NCBI RefSeq assembly: GCF_036588685.1
Contig: NC_086377.1
Coordinates: 62,062,001 to 62,126,000 of the forward strand
Direction of reading: 5' to 3'
DNA: 64,000 nt
From: Mytilus trossulus
Taxonomy: Eukaryota
In this document: positions 12,746-26,678 of the stretch, piece after piece
Layout: each line of letters starts with the position of its first letter
Numbering within the stretch: the first letter of the stretch is position 1
Notes under the pieces: generated by a model
Seen by the model: the letters and a program-made list of their open reading frames with translations, nothing else
The model's database searches: none
Told to the model about the DNA's origin: nothing
Made by a program: the position numbers and the translations under genes

Positions 12746-12866
12746 CGTTTTCTCTTATGTCTTAGACACACTATTATTATGCAAAGAATAACAACCAGTA
12801 CCACCACTACACTACACACAGATGCTACAATAGGAACAGTATTATCTGCACGTTCTACCTGGCTAC
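12746..12866 (-). CDS. Receptor A transmembrane exon (GSQVERADNTVPIVASVCSVVVVLVVILCIIIVCLRHKRKR)
   Basis: 121 nt, phase 1 to 2, ag/gtaag boundaries, hydrophobic helix plus basic stop-transfer; same length and phases as the TM exons of B and C. Confidence 0.88.
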
Positions 12867-12947
12867 CTTCAAGTAATAGAAATCAAATTGCATTTGTATT
12901 AATTTTGACAGGTGGTTATGATATGCTCAGCAAATGTATAAACATGT

Positions 12948-13080
12948 GCTTTATCAATGCTGCTACTTTGTTTGTTTGTTTTACTGATTTTTTATTGCTT
13001 TATCAATGCTGCTACTTTGTTTGTTTGTTTTACTGATTTTTTATTGCTTTATCAATGCTGCTACTTTGTTTGTTTGGTTT
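12948..13080. repeat. 49-bp tandem repeat, ~3 copies
   Basis: gctttatcaatgctgctactttgtttgtttg starts at 12948, 12997 and 13046. Confidence 0.9.
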
Positions 13081-13770
13081 TTTTTTATTTTGTATCATGT
13101 GTTGATAATTAGATAAAATTTGAAAGTAGTTGCTGCTTTAAATGCACTAAAATTGTATAACCTCTTGATCAGATAAAAAAAAACAGGTCAGTTAAACCGA
13201 ATGCATGCTACATATTTGATGTGTATGATCTTTATCGCTATAACTGTCTCATTTGAAATTATATATGATTTCATATATAAAGGATTTACTTATCAATTTA
13301 AAGTTTGATTTCCTTGTTTTTGCTAAGAAATTGCCGTAGTTCGCAATAAGATTTCGGAATTTACAGTTGGTGATTAATCAGTTTTTCGATTAAATACTGC
13401 AGTTGCTAAAGTGTGGCAAAAGCACAAAAAACAGGACATCAAATAAATGTTTGATCAGACTAGATTTCGTCACGGTACAATCAGTTTATAGTCTGTATAT
13501 GCTTGATAAATCTTATATACAAATCACGAGGCCAGTCTTTGCGTACAAGGATGATACTGTGCTTCGTTCTATGTTCAGTGTTATAGACCTTTCGGAATCC
13601 CCATGCTTTGACCTAGCGAAGGAAGAAAGGAAATGGGGAATATGTCAAAGCAACAACAACCCGACCATAGAGCAGACAACAGCCGTTGGCCACCAATGGG
13701 TCTCCAATGTAGCGAGAAACTCCAGCATCCGTAGGCGTCCTTCAGCTTGTCCCTTAAATAAATATGTATA

Positions 13771-13978
13771 CTGTGGATTCATTTATTTTCGTGGGTAGCA
13801 ATTTTCGTGGATAAAGAAAAACTTGCATATTCGTGGATATTTTATTTCGTGATTTTGCTGAAGTCTGTATACAAACCTATAGCAAAATGAGTATTCGTTG
13901 AACATTTGATTTCGTGGTTTGACTGTGCCCACGAAATCCACGAAAATTGGTATCCAACGAATAATAATGAATCCACAG
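13771..13978. mobile_element. Tc1/mariner-type MITE with TA TSD, inserted in an interspersed repeat (~13625-14200)
   Basis: TA|CTGTGGATTCATT ... AATGAATCCACAG|TA; the empty site (tgtactagt) is visible in another host copy near 38295. Confidence 0.85.
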
Positions 13979-15400
13979 TACTAGTAAAGTGATAATGGAC
14001 GTCATACTAAACTCCAATTTATACACAAGAAACTAAAATTAAAAATAATAAAAGATTAAAAAGGACAAAGGCTCCTGATTTGAGACAGGCGCAAAATTGC
14101 GGCAGGGTTAAGCATGTTTAAGAGATCTCAACCCTCTCCTATACCTCTAGCCAATGTAGAAAAGTAAACGCATAACAATACGCTCATTAAAATTCAATGC
14201 GAAAAGAAAACATGAAGTTATACTTTAATTCACAATTTTTTTTCATTAATCTTCAATCAAATGATTTCTTACTCGACACAGGCAGAGGAAGTTAGTCCAA
14301 GCAAATTGAAATAATTAATGGAAACCTATTTTCATACATATGACATAATCGTTGACTTCTTTTTGTCAAGCTGGTTGCATACTGTGTTAAAATAATTGAT
14401 AAGAATTAATCACAAAAATATTGAACTCTAAGATAGATTAAAAAGAGGAAAACAATTAAACATGATAAAAATATTAGTCTTATTACTCTAAAACTATATG
14501 TAAGTGAAACACTGTTCATTTCCGGTGTTAGTTATATACAGTAAAGATATTGTATGTATTACAAACATGTAACACGAATGTTCAAGTAGTTGTTATTTTT
14601 TTGAAGACACATGTTTGGTATATGAAATGGTAAGCTTTATATGTAAATGTAGATTCATTTTCGAAGCATTTTGATACTGTTTATAATCTGCTAAAATGTT
14701 TTGGTAAATGCATACTTGTTGACGATAATAAATGGACCGTTGTATTCTCTATGCATTAACCTTGTTTTCGTGTCATTTGTCATTAATTTTGTATTAAATT
14801 TGACAACATCACACATTACCCATCTTCGCTAGCCACGGGTTATGATCCACTCCCGTTCTCTCCACCCTTGGCAGATGAAGCCAACATTTGTGATCACAAT
14901 GTTGCGCCATCTATCCGAAGAATAAATTCCTGACAAATGGTGGCACTTGAACTCTTCAATTTGGCAGTAAAAACACGGTAGCGTCTAGATTCTACACACT
15001 TGGTAAAGCCGGAAATGAAAATATACATTAACATTCTTGCGTGTGTGCATGAAAAGTGCACAGGAACTCCTATTAGTTGATATAAAATATTCAAGTTGTC
15101 ACTAAATATAGTCATATTTTTAGGGATGTTCAGATTTGTTGCACAATAAACACGTAACAATTGTTTACAACCAACACTTTCTACATTTACACGTGATCAT
15201 GTTAAAAACACTTTTGGATTGAATGCAGCGAGTTTCGACTGCGACCAATAAAAATCCTTACATTGTGTCTCCGAAATTTTATCTCATCCCGCCACATTAC
15301 CGGGATAAAAAACATATTCTGTATTCACGCACCTCTTTCAATAATCTGCATACGCTCCGTTCTATTTTATGTTAAATAAGACGTTCGGGAAAAGCCGCAT

Positions 15401-17737
15401 CATACCACATCTTTTTATTTCTATATATTATAGAACTTAGTTCGGGAAAAGCATCTTAAAATTTTTAGCTACATGCCCAGCAAATTTCATGCAAAACAAA
15501 TAAAAAAGAATAGTGCTGTAACAGTTTCTCTTTCTTTTATCATTAATTTTTTATTATCAAAAACATTTTAAATCAAAATGGGACGGTAATTTCATATGTC
15601 GAAATAATTTGACGATGTTAGATTCTACAAACAGACCTAGATAAAAATCTCCTTTGACAAGTCTTAAATTATTTCAATCATTTTCAATTTGGAATAATTA
15701 ATTGAATAATACAGTGTAAACTGTATCGAATTCAGATAAATAACAACTTCTTGCAACAAGTAAACATTTTAAATTTTACTATCATTAATTCCAGTATAAA
15801 ATCTTTACTTTAACAGTTAGCTCCCCTTAAATGGCTCAATTGAAGAATCGGCTAAACAACACAAATATTTAGTGTTCAACTTTGTTTAAACATTTAGATA
15901 ATACCATAAATCTTTTTTTGATGGTGGTATATAACTACACTACCCTAACAATAGTGAGTAATACTACATATATGCTATATACATATGTTACTGAGGGCAT
16001 ATGCTACTACAAATATAAAGAAAATAGTTGAAGTTGTTATATATACTGGAAAGGTAAGTTTTATTATAAGTTATCAAAATCGTTAAAATGGTTATCCTAT
16101 TAAATTTTTTTTTTTCCTCGTGCGTCAGTTAACCGATATGTTTCAGTGACCTATTAGAACTTCGATTGCCCGACTGTTATTAAAAAGTATAAAACGAATT
16201 GTAACGCAGGGGAAAAAAAGAAATCCTCGTTTTATCAATTTACTTAATTTTCACGTGCCGATTGTTAATCAATATTACGCTCCAATAAAAAAATGGCGAA
16301 CAACACTCACTGAATGAATTATCATTTGTTGATTATACGTCTTAAATAGATATGTAAAACAAGCTTCGTACTTTGACCTATACTGGTTTACTTTTACAAA
16401 GTGTGACTACGATTGAGAGTTGTCTCATTGGCACTCATACCACATCTTTTTATTTCTATATATTATAGAACTTAGTTCGGGAAAAGCATCTTAAAATTTT
16501 TAGCTACATGCCCAGCAAATTTCATGCAAAACAAATAAAAAAGAATAGTGCTGTAACAGTTTCTCTTTCTTTTATCATTATTTTTTTATTATCAAAAACA
16601 TTTTAAATCAAAATGGGACGGTAATTTCATATGTCGAAATAATTTGACGATGTTAGAGTCTACAAACAGACCTAGATAAAAATCTCCTTTGACAAGTCTT
16701 AAATTATTTCAATCATTTTCAATTTGGAATAATTAATTGAATAATACAGTGTAAACTGTATCGAATTCAGATAAATAACAACTTCTTACTACAAGTAAAC
16801 ATTTTAAATTTCACTATCATTAATTCCAGTATAAAATCTTTACTTTAACAGTTAGCTCCCCTTAAATGGCTAAATTGAAGAATCGGCTAAACAACACAAA
16901 TTTGTAGTGTTCAACTTTGTTTAAACATTTAGATGATACCATAAATCTTTTTTTTTTCTTTATTCTAACAGTCTTCCGCATAAATTTGCAGATTTAGGCA
17001 AAGAACTTTTTATATAAATAGGGCCGTTAGTTTTCTCGTTTGTATTGTTTTACATTGTCATTTTGTGACCTTTCATAGCTGACTATGCGGTATGGGCTTT
17101 GTTCATTGATGAAGGCCGTACAGTGAGATATATTTTTTAATGTCTGTGTCATTTTGGTATCTTGTGGGCAATTGTCTCATTGGCAATCATACCACATCTT
17201 CTTTTTTTTATATAGACCGATTGTGTACTGTAGTTGTACAATAAAACATGGTTGTATTTAGCTACACTACCCTAACAATAGTTAGCAATACTACATATAT
17301 GCGATATACATATGTTAGTGAGGGCATATGCTACTTCAAATATATAGAAAATAGTTGAAGTTGTTATATATACTTGAAAAGTTAAGTTTTATTATAAGTT
17401 ATCAAAATCGTTAAAATGATTATCCTATTAAATAATTTTTTTTTTCTCGTGCGCTAGTTAACCGATATGTTACAGTGACCTATTAGAACTTCGACTGCCC
17501 GACTGTTATTAAAAAGTATAAAACGAATTGTAACGCAGGGGAAAAAAAGAAATCCTCGTTTTATCAATTTACTTAATTTTCACGTGCCGATTGTTAATCA
17601 ATATGACGCTCCAGTAAAACAAGCTTCGTACTTTGATCTTTACTGGTTTACTTTTACAAATTGTGAATACGATTGACAGTTGTCTCATTGGCACTCATAC
17701 CACATCTTTTTATTTCTATATATTATAGAACTTAGTT
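15401..17737. repeat. Local tandem duplication of ~1.0-1.3 kb units
   Basis: Units start at 15401, 16436 and 17696 (partial) with cataccacatctttttatttctatatattatagaacttagtt; near-identical over hundreds of bp. Confidence 0.9.
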
Positions 17738-17908
17738 ACGTATATATGCATGAAATGGTTCATTAGTTTTCTTTACCTAATAATAAAAAAGCTCGTTTCA
17801 TATGACTTATAACATCTAAATTTACGAATTTAATGGATATAATTGTTGGCAAAATACACTTAGTGTCTGTGTAGAGATTAATTTTGTTAGTTGGTGTTAA
17901 TGCCTAAC

Positions 17909-19242
17909 CTTGATAATCACTTCCAGCACAAACGTAAAAACAAATTCCGGTCATCAATCACAAACACTACCAGATTATGATACTGGGCAGGCGTACTTAC
18001 ATTTGTGTCCAAACCAACCAGGCAAGCACCCGGATTTACAGAACCCTGTGTTCTGATCACAAATAGTGTTTACACAATTTGAACTACAGTGTTCAGTGCA
18101 TGAAAATCCATGAAGGCCATTTTCACATTCGTATGAACAATTGTTTGCAGAATTAATACACTTTTTATTTTTACACCCGGGATAGCAGCTTTGAGTACAG
18201 GAATTTCCAAAGTATCCATCATCGCATCCAAACAAACAATTTCCATTTCCAGGGTAGCAATTTCCTCTAGACGTTCCAGCACAATTTGTACAACTATTTT
18301 CACAGTATTCGCCATATCTATTAACAACACATTGCTGTGAACATTTACCTGAATCTATATCGCATTCGTTGTTGAAACAAGTTTGTGAACATTTATTTGT
18401 GCATGATTGACCATACCACCCATTTGCACAGCCGCCATTACAGATTCCAGTTAATTTATTACAAACTACATTTCCAACTGTTGTGGACTTCGAGCAATGA
18501 CTACTACACGGACTTTGACAAATTTGCCCATAATACCCAGGTTGACATGTAGAACAAGTTCCAAATAATCTTTCACAATCTATGCAAGTGTTTACACACG
18601 GTGTTTTGCATTGAGTTCCATAAAAACCGGACGTGCAGTTATATGTGCATTCACCACTATTTCTATCACACAAATTGCCATGACAATTTTCACTACATCG
18701 TAAATTACACGTAGCACCATACCACCCCGTTACACAGTTACCTGAACAGCGTCCAGTGAGACGATCGCAGACGGAATTAATGCAATGAATTTCATTGTTA
18801 CATGGTATGTCACAGTATGTCCCATACCATCCATCTTTACAATTGTTAAGGCAATGTCCGTCTATACCGTTACAAAGTATCTGTCCAGAGGAAGACAGTC
18901 CACAGTTTGTATTACAATTGCTTTGGCAATTCAGTCCACATTTACCAGGAGCACAGCCTCCACAAGTTCAAGTTGTTTGGTTGCATAAGGTACAGGAAGA
19001 ACAGGAATTAACACAAAGCTGTCCAAATTTTCCAGGTGCACATCCATCAGAACATAATCCGGTTGTCTGATTGCATCGAGATAACTTGCAGTTATTACTG
19101 CAAATGTTTGAACAAGTATCCCCATAATAACCCTCTTTACAACTACTGCATTTCCCCGTTTGCTTATCACAAGAACTACTTAAGCAACCCATGCTACAAG
19201 TCGTATTACAATTGTTTCCATAGAAACCATCTATACACTTAC
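17909..19242 (-). pseudogene. Disabled distal half of the receptor A ectodomain exon (homologous to 54105-55439 of C)
   Basis: In-frame GGA>TGA at 18970-18968, TGC>TAA at 17977-17975, and a 1-nt deletion shortly after; the old donor CAAG|gttagg remains at 17909/17908. Confidence 0.85.
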
Positions 19243-20979
19243 CTATACATATAGCAGTCGTTTGATCACATCCTGAATTATCACATCCGGTACAAATTGT
19301 CTCACACGAATCACCAAAGTAACCAGCTTTGCATCCTCCAATACATCTACCGGATAATCGATCACATGTTGTACCTTTACAGTTACTGCTGCACGATAGC
19401 TCGCATCTAGTACCGAATTTCATGTTTGGACAATTTCCACTGCACGTTCCATCGTCCTTATTACACTGATTTGTTAAACATGACGACGGACATGACCTAC
19501 TGCAATGACTACCATGATATCCGGCAACACATTCTAACGTACATGCCCCGCTGACTTTCAGGCAGGTTCTGGGTGAGCAGTTCGCTGAACAATCTAAATC
19601 ACAGTAATCTCCATATTTGCCAGAGAGGCAATTTCCCGAACATGCGCCAGTAGTTGGGTTACAAGTATTACTGTCACAGTTCGACCCACAAGGGAGTTGA
19701 CAAAATTCCCCATAGAACCCTTGTTTGCACCCAGATGTGCACTTGCTATCTACTTGACTACATTTTTTATTTAAGCAGTTGGAGTTACAGGGTTGTAAGC
19801 AATCGTTACCATGGTATCCATCTACACAACCGGTGTCACACAAGCCAGTATTACGATTACATGTAGTTAGGCAATTAAGACATTGTAAGTCACACTGCTG
19901 GCCGTAACGTTTGCTTTTACAGCCACTACTACATATGCCATTGCTATCACACTCACCTTGGTTACAGTTAGCGGTACAATTACCTTTACATGTGTTACCA
20001 TACCAACCCGTTTTACATCCATCCGTACATGTTCCTGATGTTTTATCGCAAGAATTTAAAGTTGCACAATTATCGCTACATCTAATACATTGACCGGAGT
20101 CTAGATACCAACCAGTTTGACAGCACTCACAAACGCTCGGTTGATTTGCAACACAAGTTTCGCAATTTGGCAATGAGCAGGTAAAAGTATCGCAACGCAA
20201 TCCACTCCATCCAGCAGAACAACCAAACCGACAATTTCCAGTGTTAGGAAAGCACTTTGCTATGTTGGTGTTATTTGTTTTACAACCTCTACTACATGGT
20301 TTGCAGTAACCATTGACTCCATCATAATAATATTTCGGTTGGCATTCGGTACAGACTGTTATACCAACTGATATCAATGGTTGACATTTCGTACATAAAG
20401 TATTATTTGTCACTACCGAACAAGTTTTGTCACAACTCGGACCATAAAATCCATCTATACACCCATTTAAACATTTCCGATTGCTTTGATCGCATGTTTG
20501 TAGTCCACCATTACAATTCACGCAATAAGATGGAAAACAACTAGCTGTTTGCTGATCACATCCATATAGGCAAGAAGTTGAACACGTTGAACTACAGTCA
20601 CTTCCGTAATATCCCTTTGTACAACCTGACGTACATTGACTAGAGATTCTGTCACATTCAAAGTTAATGCATCTTATCGAACAAGACTTGTCACAATAGT
20701 TTCCCCATAGTGTTTTAGGACAACTAGTACAATATCCTAGCTGTCTGTCACATCCACATGCTAATCCAGACAGGACACATTGGTCACTGAGTGAACAGTT
20801 CTGGTTACATTCCATGTTACAGACGTCACCGAAATAACTCTTTGCGCATCCATAACATTTGCCATGCAATTGTTCACATCCACATTGACCTCCATTACTG
20901 GAGCATTCGTTTCCATAATAACACGTGGTAAAACAGTTGTACTGACAACTTCCGCCCCATACACCAGGTACACAGGTAG
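19243..20979 (-). CDS. Receptor A ectodomain exon (1737 nt, phase 1-1): multiple laminin-type EGF-like repeats, MEGF10/SCARF-like
   Basis: Open frame with repeated C..G(F/Y/W)xG..C...C...C units; acceptor gattgcag before 20979; donor AG|GTAAGT at 19243/19242. Confidence 0.82.
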
Positions 20980-21347
20980 CTGCAATCATATATAAATAAG
21001 CCTTGTTGATAACAAACCTTGGTGAAAGATGGATACAGAGCAAACAAAACCATTATAACTCATAGACGGTTATAGTTATATGTATTAACCGTTTAACCTC
21101 CATTTCAAAGATTACAAGTTTCTAATATTAAAGAAAATGTATTGGTATCTCTAAATATAATCTTTTCTAAAGAGGATTTTTCATAATATAAGTATATGGA
21201 CTCTCTAATGGTTAATAAGTACGTGTAAACCGCTAGTTGTTTTCTATATCTTATAAGAAATCATATCTTGAAAGTACAATATGTTGGAGGCGATGGCTAA
21301 TAATTTGTTGTCATATAATTGTATAGTACATATATCATATCTGTTAA

Positions 21348-22027
21348 AGGGGCACTAGCTGGCAAATCCATGGTCACCGATTTGACCCAAATTCTCATAT
21401 TTCATTGATAACAATATAAATCATTTATCCAGACTATCAAAAGTCTAAAATAAAAAATTTACAGAGCATAGGGTCGATAACATGTAGGTTCGTTTTGTGT
21501 ATATTTTAGTCCAGACGCCATCTTATTGACTATCGAGTTGACCTAATATGACCATATAAGCGATGTAAACATAAATAAAGATATAAATATATTAGACCAA
21601 CTCGTGCAAATGGATTGTTATAGTTCTGTTTGAATTTATTTTATAGTTTAAACATATATGTTTCTCATTGTTTTTACCTGTATAAGAATGGTTTTATGTG
21701 GATAGAATCAGTAATCAAATGATTTACCTTTGTTTCACTTTCATAGTTGACATTCTTGTCCTATAATAAGCAGTACACGTACAATGCATGCGTTGACAAC
21801 CTCTAGCTAGGGGTTTAAAATGAAATTCACAGGAATCAAATTTACAGATTTCGAATTATTCACTTCCAAGTGAATAATTAATCATCAATGTTTCTTAGCT
21901 TAATTTGACAAAATTGCACCGTTTTGGCTGTTAAAAGCGAATAATTATTTCACTATCCCACTTTCAGTATTGATTGACAAACAAATCGTACTTTATATTT
22001 TCTATATATCTCGAAGCTAGTGCCCCT
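21348..22027. mobile_element. TTAA-flanked non-autonomous DNA transposon (Kolobok-like)
   Basis: TTAA|AGGGGCACTAGCT ... AGCTAGTGCCCCT|TTAA. Confidence 0.88.
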
Positions 22028-22449
22028 TTAATAAATGTTGTGGCCATTTCCTGTCAATAACAATCTCGTTATTGTTCCATGAGCATCTAAGATAACTAGG
22101 ACAACTATGGATGTTTTTCAATTGTACAAACACTTGTGTTGTTAAAGACTGTATGTCTACCTAAAAATGCATGGTATCGTTTGGTTGTTGCTTCAAGGAA
22201 GTATTCTCTGAAGGTCTGAAGGATGTTTCCAGAATAGAAAATAATGATTTATAGGTGCACAAAAAAGAGTTAAAAAAAGAACAAAGGAAAATAAGGAAAA
22301 TAATTTATCGACAAAGAATAATTGGGTTCTGGTTCATAAAGCATTTACATTAACCAGGATATAGAATGGAAGATTATAGTAAAATGGAGTCAATTATTGA
22401 AGAATACAGAACATAAAAAGTCTCTATTACTCATACTTTTTAAAGTATA

Positions 22450-23197
22450 CTAGAACACACCCGTGATATCACGGGTCCATGACTGAATTAAAGTATATAA
22501 CTATGCGCAAGCTTTATTTTAATATAAGTATTGTGATCTGATAAAGTCATGCTGATTATAAGTTTTTCTCTGCTTTCAAGTCTTTCTGTTTGAACTTGTC
22601 GAACTGGAACTTATCAATTATTGGTGATACTAATTATTTAAAAAAAAAAAAAAAAGGTACTGGAATGGAGTATTTTCTAATCAACAGCATTGTCCTATGT
22701 ATATAAATAAAGTTGAATTCTTTGATTCGCTGTTTAACGTCATGCTCGCTAACAAATTGAAAACTGTACCTATACGCCTTATTTTTATTCCAGGTTTTTA
22801 GTATTCGTATTGTTATCCTAGAAAGTCTTACTGAATAAAATACTACAATAGGTAACAATTTGACAATTTAGTAGTGTCAACCCTGTGGTTATGCCCCGTG
22901 TATATAGCATTAATCCTGAATACACCGTTTGGTGGTGCGCCTGTCAGATGCGGAACGTACAGATAATGTAATAGGTAATAGGTGAATATACTATTGGTAT
23001 CAGTATCGGACTCGACCCGGAACTTCTTAATTATTGGCAATATTTAATTACGTGGAAAACAAAAGGGCCTGGAGTGGTGTAATTTTTGATCCACACCTTT
23101 GTACTATATTAGTTATATATAAAGTTGAATTCTGTGATTCTTCGTTTTTACGTGATGACGGCTGACAAATTGGACCTCGTAATTTTAGTATTATATA
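22450..23197 (-). mobile_element. Non-autonomous Helitron
   Basis: On the minus strand it ends in the 18-bp perfect palindrome acccgtgatatcacgggt (22459-22476) followed by CTAG|t. The 5' end TATATAATACTAAAAT lacks the canonical TC. Internal repeat at ~22700 and ~23115. Confidence 0.65.
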
Positions 23198-24811
23198 CTT
23201 ACACGTTATAGAAAATAAGTGGGTGAACTGTTTGTCATTATTTTTGTGGAAATCAAGACTGGATTAAATCAGATGTAACTTCTCTTATTTATATGTCAGA
23301 ATTGTATTATATTTCGTTGTTAGATTAGTCGATGGTTAATCTATCATACACATATGTGTACATTTATATGGAATAGCATGCCGTTATTCCGTTGTGTAGT
23401 ATAAATGCTTTCAAATATAAAGTCCTTTACATGTATAAGAAAAAAATAAAAAGTTAAAGAAATACCAGAATTAAACCAGCATTTGACAATGTCTGAGGAA
23501 TGGGTCTTACAAATATTTATAAGTTCAAAAAATCATCATGATCATAGCACAGCTGCATAATTTGTATTTATACATATTCAGGATTCTGAAAAAATCAACC
23601 TACTACTTAATTCAAAATGACTTTAAAATTACCTATAAGAACATAAAAAAGGTTTTAATTGTGTATGCACAGTAATTTTCACACACTTACTTTCACTTTA
23701 AATATATTTGAGGGGTAATTTCAATGATGTGAATACTGTATATGAATCATATTTTTACCTGTTTTTAAAAAAATAAGTTTCGTAACATAATTTTTTCTCG
23801 TTTGATTTGTTTATTCTACATGTTTGTTTGTTAGGTTATTTTGTAATTATTTCTATGTAATATTTCAATGTATTTTTTGAGGGCACCAGGGAAGATTATT
23901 TTATAGCTAATTGTGCAAACATCTTTTAAAAAAAAGTTATTGTTTATATAAATTTGCTTTTTTATCACATATGATTGAATACACTATCTAAACACTTAAA
24001 TAACATAAACGGTACCAATTTTCTAAAACAGAAGCGCATTTCGACGATTAAGACAATCAACAAAACTGCAGTGAGGCTCGATGGCAAAACATTTTACAAT
24101 CCAAAGCTGATTAAAAAGATAAAGAGCTATGAACCAAACAAGACAAAAAGGGATAGCCAAGGCCGGACAAGGATAAAATCTTTGCACAAGGGATATGTAC
24201 TTTTTTTATTTTTAATAATTTTCAAAATTTTGAAACAGAAATGAATCCAAATTTTTTTTTTTTGTTAATTTAATTCCACAGCCTGTTTGGTTCAAATTAA
24301 TTCATCGTGAAGATTGGGTCATCAACATACTTATACTAGTTTGATTAACGAACTCTCTCTACATATTAGTATACCCTTAATAAGGGGCCAATATCCATCT
24401 TCGTAGATTGGACGCTTCACTCAATTAAGCAATATTCTTGGTATCTGATGAAACTTAAAAAACGCCTGACTCCGGGAACTGGTGTGTTTAAGCTAGTGAT
24501 TTCGGGATTGATTATTTCGGGATCAGGGATTCCTTTTGTTCGAATTTCGGGATGTCGGGATTTAAATTTCTTTAAATTCAGGACCCCAACATTTTAAGAT
24601 CAGGACCCTCCTACCCCCTCCCCCTTTCCTGACTATATCAGAGCACCCAATTGTCAATGAAGGAGGACCGGAGTACCCGGAGAGAAGCTTCAATTTAAAT
24701 TTAAAGTATATGTGGTACTTAATACATAAGCATACTACAAAAATGCGAAACATCATACATGTACATTTATCTAACCTTAGTAAACTTATATAATTGTATC
24801 AATGAACATAC

Positions 24812-24884
24812 CATGTATCCCTATATCAAACAGTGTAATATGTAAAACGACAATTAATATTTGTGGTATCACATAACCATCCAT
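24812..24884 (-). CDS. Receptor A signal-peptide exon (MDGYVIPQILIVVLHITLFDIGIH-A)
   Basis: acaATG start, hydrophobic core, G|gtatgt phase-1 donor compatible with the 20979 acceptor. Confidence 0.7.
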
Positions 24885-26599
24885 TGTATCGAGGAAGTAC
24901 TATCAAAAGGGACGTAACTTCGTCAATTTTAGTGCAAATTACATTTCAATGTTTTGAAGTTGTTATGTATAATGTTGTGTAATGTTATGCACTAATTCAT
25001 TCCACTTTTTGTTTGTTTAATTTAATTTCGGATGACAGAAGGGGTTGATTGATGTAAATTGGTCACATTTTTTTCTTAAAGTAAATATTTACCATGTCGT
25101 CCTAAATTATGGTATTAGAAAACTGTATAAAACTTTCCTTCTAAAACCGAAAACGAACAAGAGTTGTGTCTCTTCTATCAAGGCAGAGGAAATTGTCACG
25201 GACTTAGGATATAATGTAGGTTGTATGACAAAAAATCTAACAATTAATCAAAGTCCAATGGCGTGGAATAAATGTATGAGGTTGAGGGTTTACACAAAAG
25301 GGAATAATGGGTAAATGGGCAGTATAAAATAAAAGGTAAAAAAAAATGATTTTAAAAAGTGAAAAATAGGCAAATAAAATCAAAACGAAAGTACTTGGTT
25401 TGCTGAAACATAAAGAATTGAAATAATGAAAGAATTAAAACAACCTTGTTATGTCACGTTCAAAACTCTCATATATTTGTAATTCAAAAATATGTCTTCT
25501 GTTGCATATTCTTCGACTATATTTTGTTTTATCGACCCCGTGAAGATTTGTCTTTTATTCCTCTCTACTATCATGACTATTCTTTATTGTTTTCTATTTT
25601 CTTTAATCATGAATATTTGCATACAGTGAATGATAAAAATTGATAAACTTTAAGACTAAAATACCAAAACCATAACATGGTAAGTGATAAGTCGTTCGTC
25701 CGTCCGTCTGTTCCGCTAAAGTTTTTGGTCGAGGTAGTTGTGATGAAGTTGAAGTCTAATCAACTTGAAACTTAGTACACATGTTCCCTGTGATATGATC
25801 TTTCTAATTTTAATGCCAAATTCGAGATTTCCTAAATTTTCACGGTCCCCCGAACAAAGAAAATGATAGTACGTTGTCCGTTTTTTATGCGATATTAAGT
25901 TTGAATTCTATTAGGTATCTAGTCTCCGATTTAAACATAATTATCTTCGAGTCGTAAATAGCGGTACTAATGGTATCTATTAAAGTAAAGCTAGTAAATG
26001 ATATCAATTTGTTTAAGTTTTCGTTTTGTTTTCGACACTATATTTCGACCAATCGTCAGTATTCTCTTAGTCCCTTTATATGTTTAGATTTTTCTTTCAT
26101 TATCAATTAAACCACATATACTTATATATATGTATATATTGATAACATTCGTGTCGTAATAAAAAAAACTGTATCAGAAAACACACATAATATTTGATAG
26201 ACTAAGGGCACTACCATTTTTAAAGATGTTACCATAGTGTCTTGTAAGACTTTTTGTAAAAAAAATACACTATAAATAATACAATGTTAATTTACATTAA
26301 TATTTTATTCAGTAAAAGCGAATATTATTAATAAAAAAAACACATCAAAAGTTCTGGGTTTCAACATATATCAAATTATGTATATACATTTGTACATGTT
26401 AGCAATACAACTTAAACACGGTCATAGCAGTATATTAACAAATATAATAGTATCCTCCCCTCAACGATAAATTAAACATGATTATCCTATGCTAGCTGTA
26501 AATGGTAGAACAAATGTTGTTAATTTTCAACGTATCAATATTTGAAATATAAATATCAAGAACAAATTAAATCAAAATGAGATATGATGTACAATGTAT

Positions 26600-26678
26600 T
26601 CATAATTGGCTTGTTTCTGCTAGCTCTGAGTATCTTTTTGTTGGAGTGTCTTTTGAATTACTGCTGCTTGTGTCTGAT
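26600..26678 (-). CDS. Receptor B terminal exon: SDTSSSNSKDTPTKRYSELAETSQL*
   Basis: Acceptor tatttttaacag, phase 2, stop TGA; candidate AATAAA on the minus strand near 26309-26304. Confidence 0.75.

Noticed and set aside
14700-15160. 88-aa minus-strand ORF in a slightly GC-richer patch
   Set aside because: No recognisable domain or clean splice sites; possibly a decayed element but unsupported.
18968-18970. Selenocysteine or readthrough at the in-frame TGA in a Cys-rich ORF
   Set aside because: The paralog has Gly (GGA), not Cys, at this site, and further lesions follow, so it is a simple nonsense change.
17975-21043. Two separate genes (691 aa and 232 aa), or a wholly dead pseudogene
   Set aside because: Both ORFs are one frame of one ancestral exon. 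All stops and the frameshift lie past the 19243 donor and the other exons are intact, though pseudogene status cannot be excluded without RNA data.
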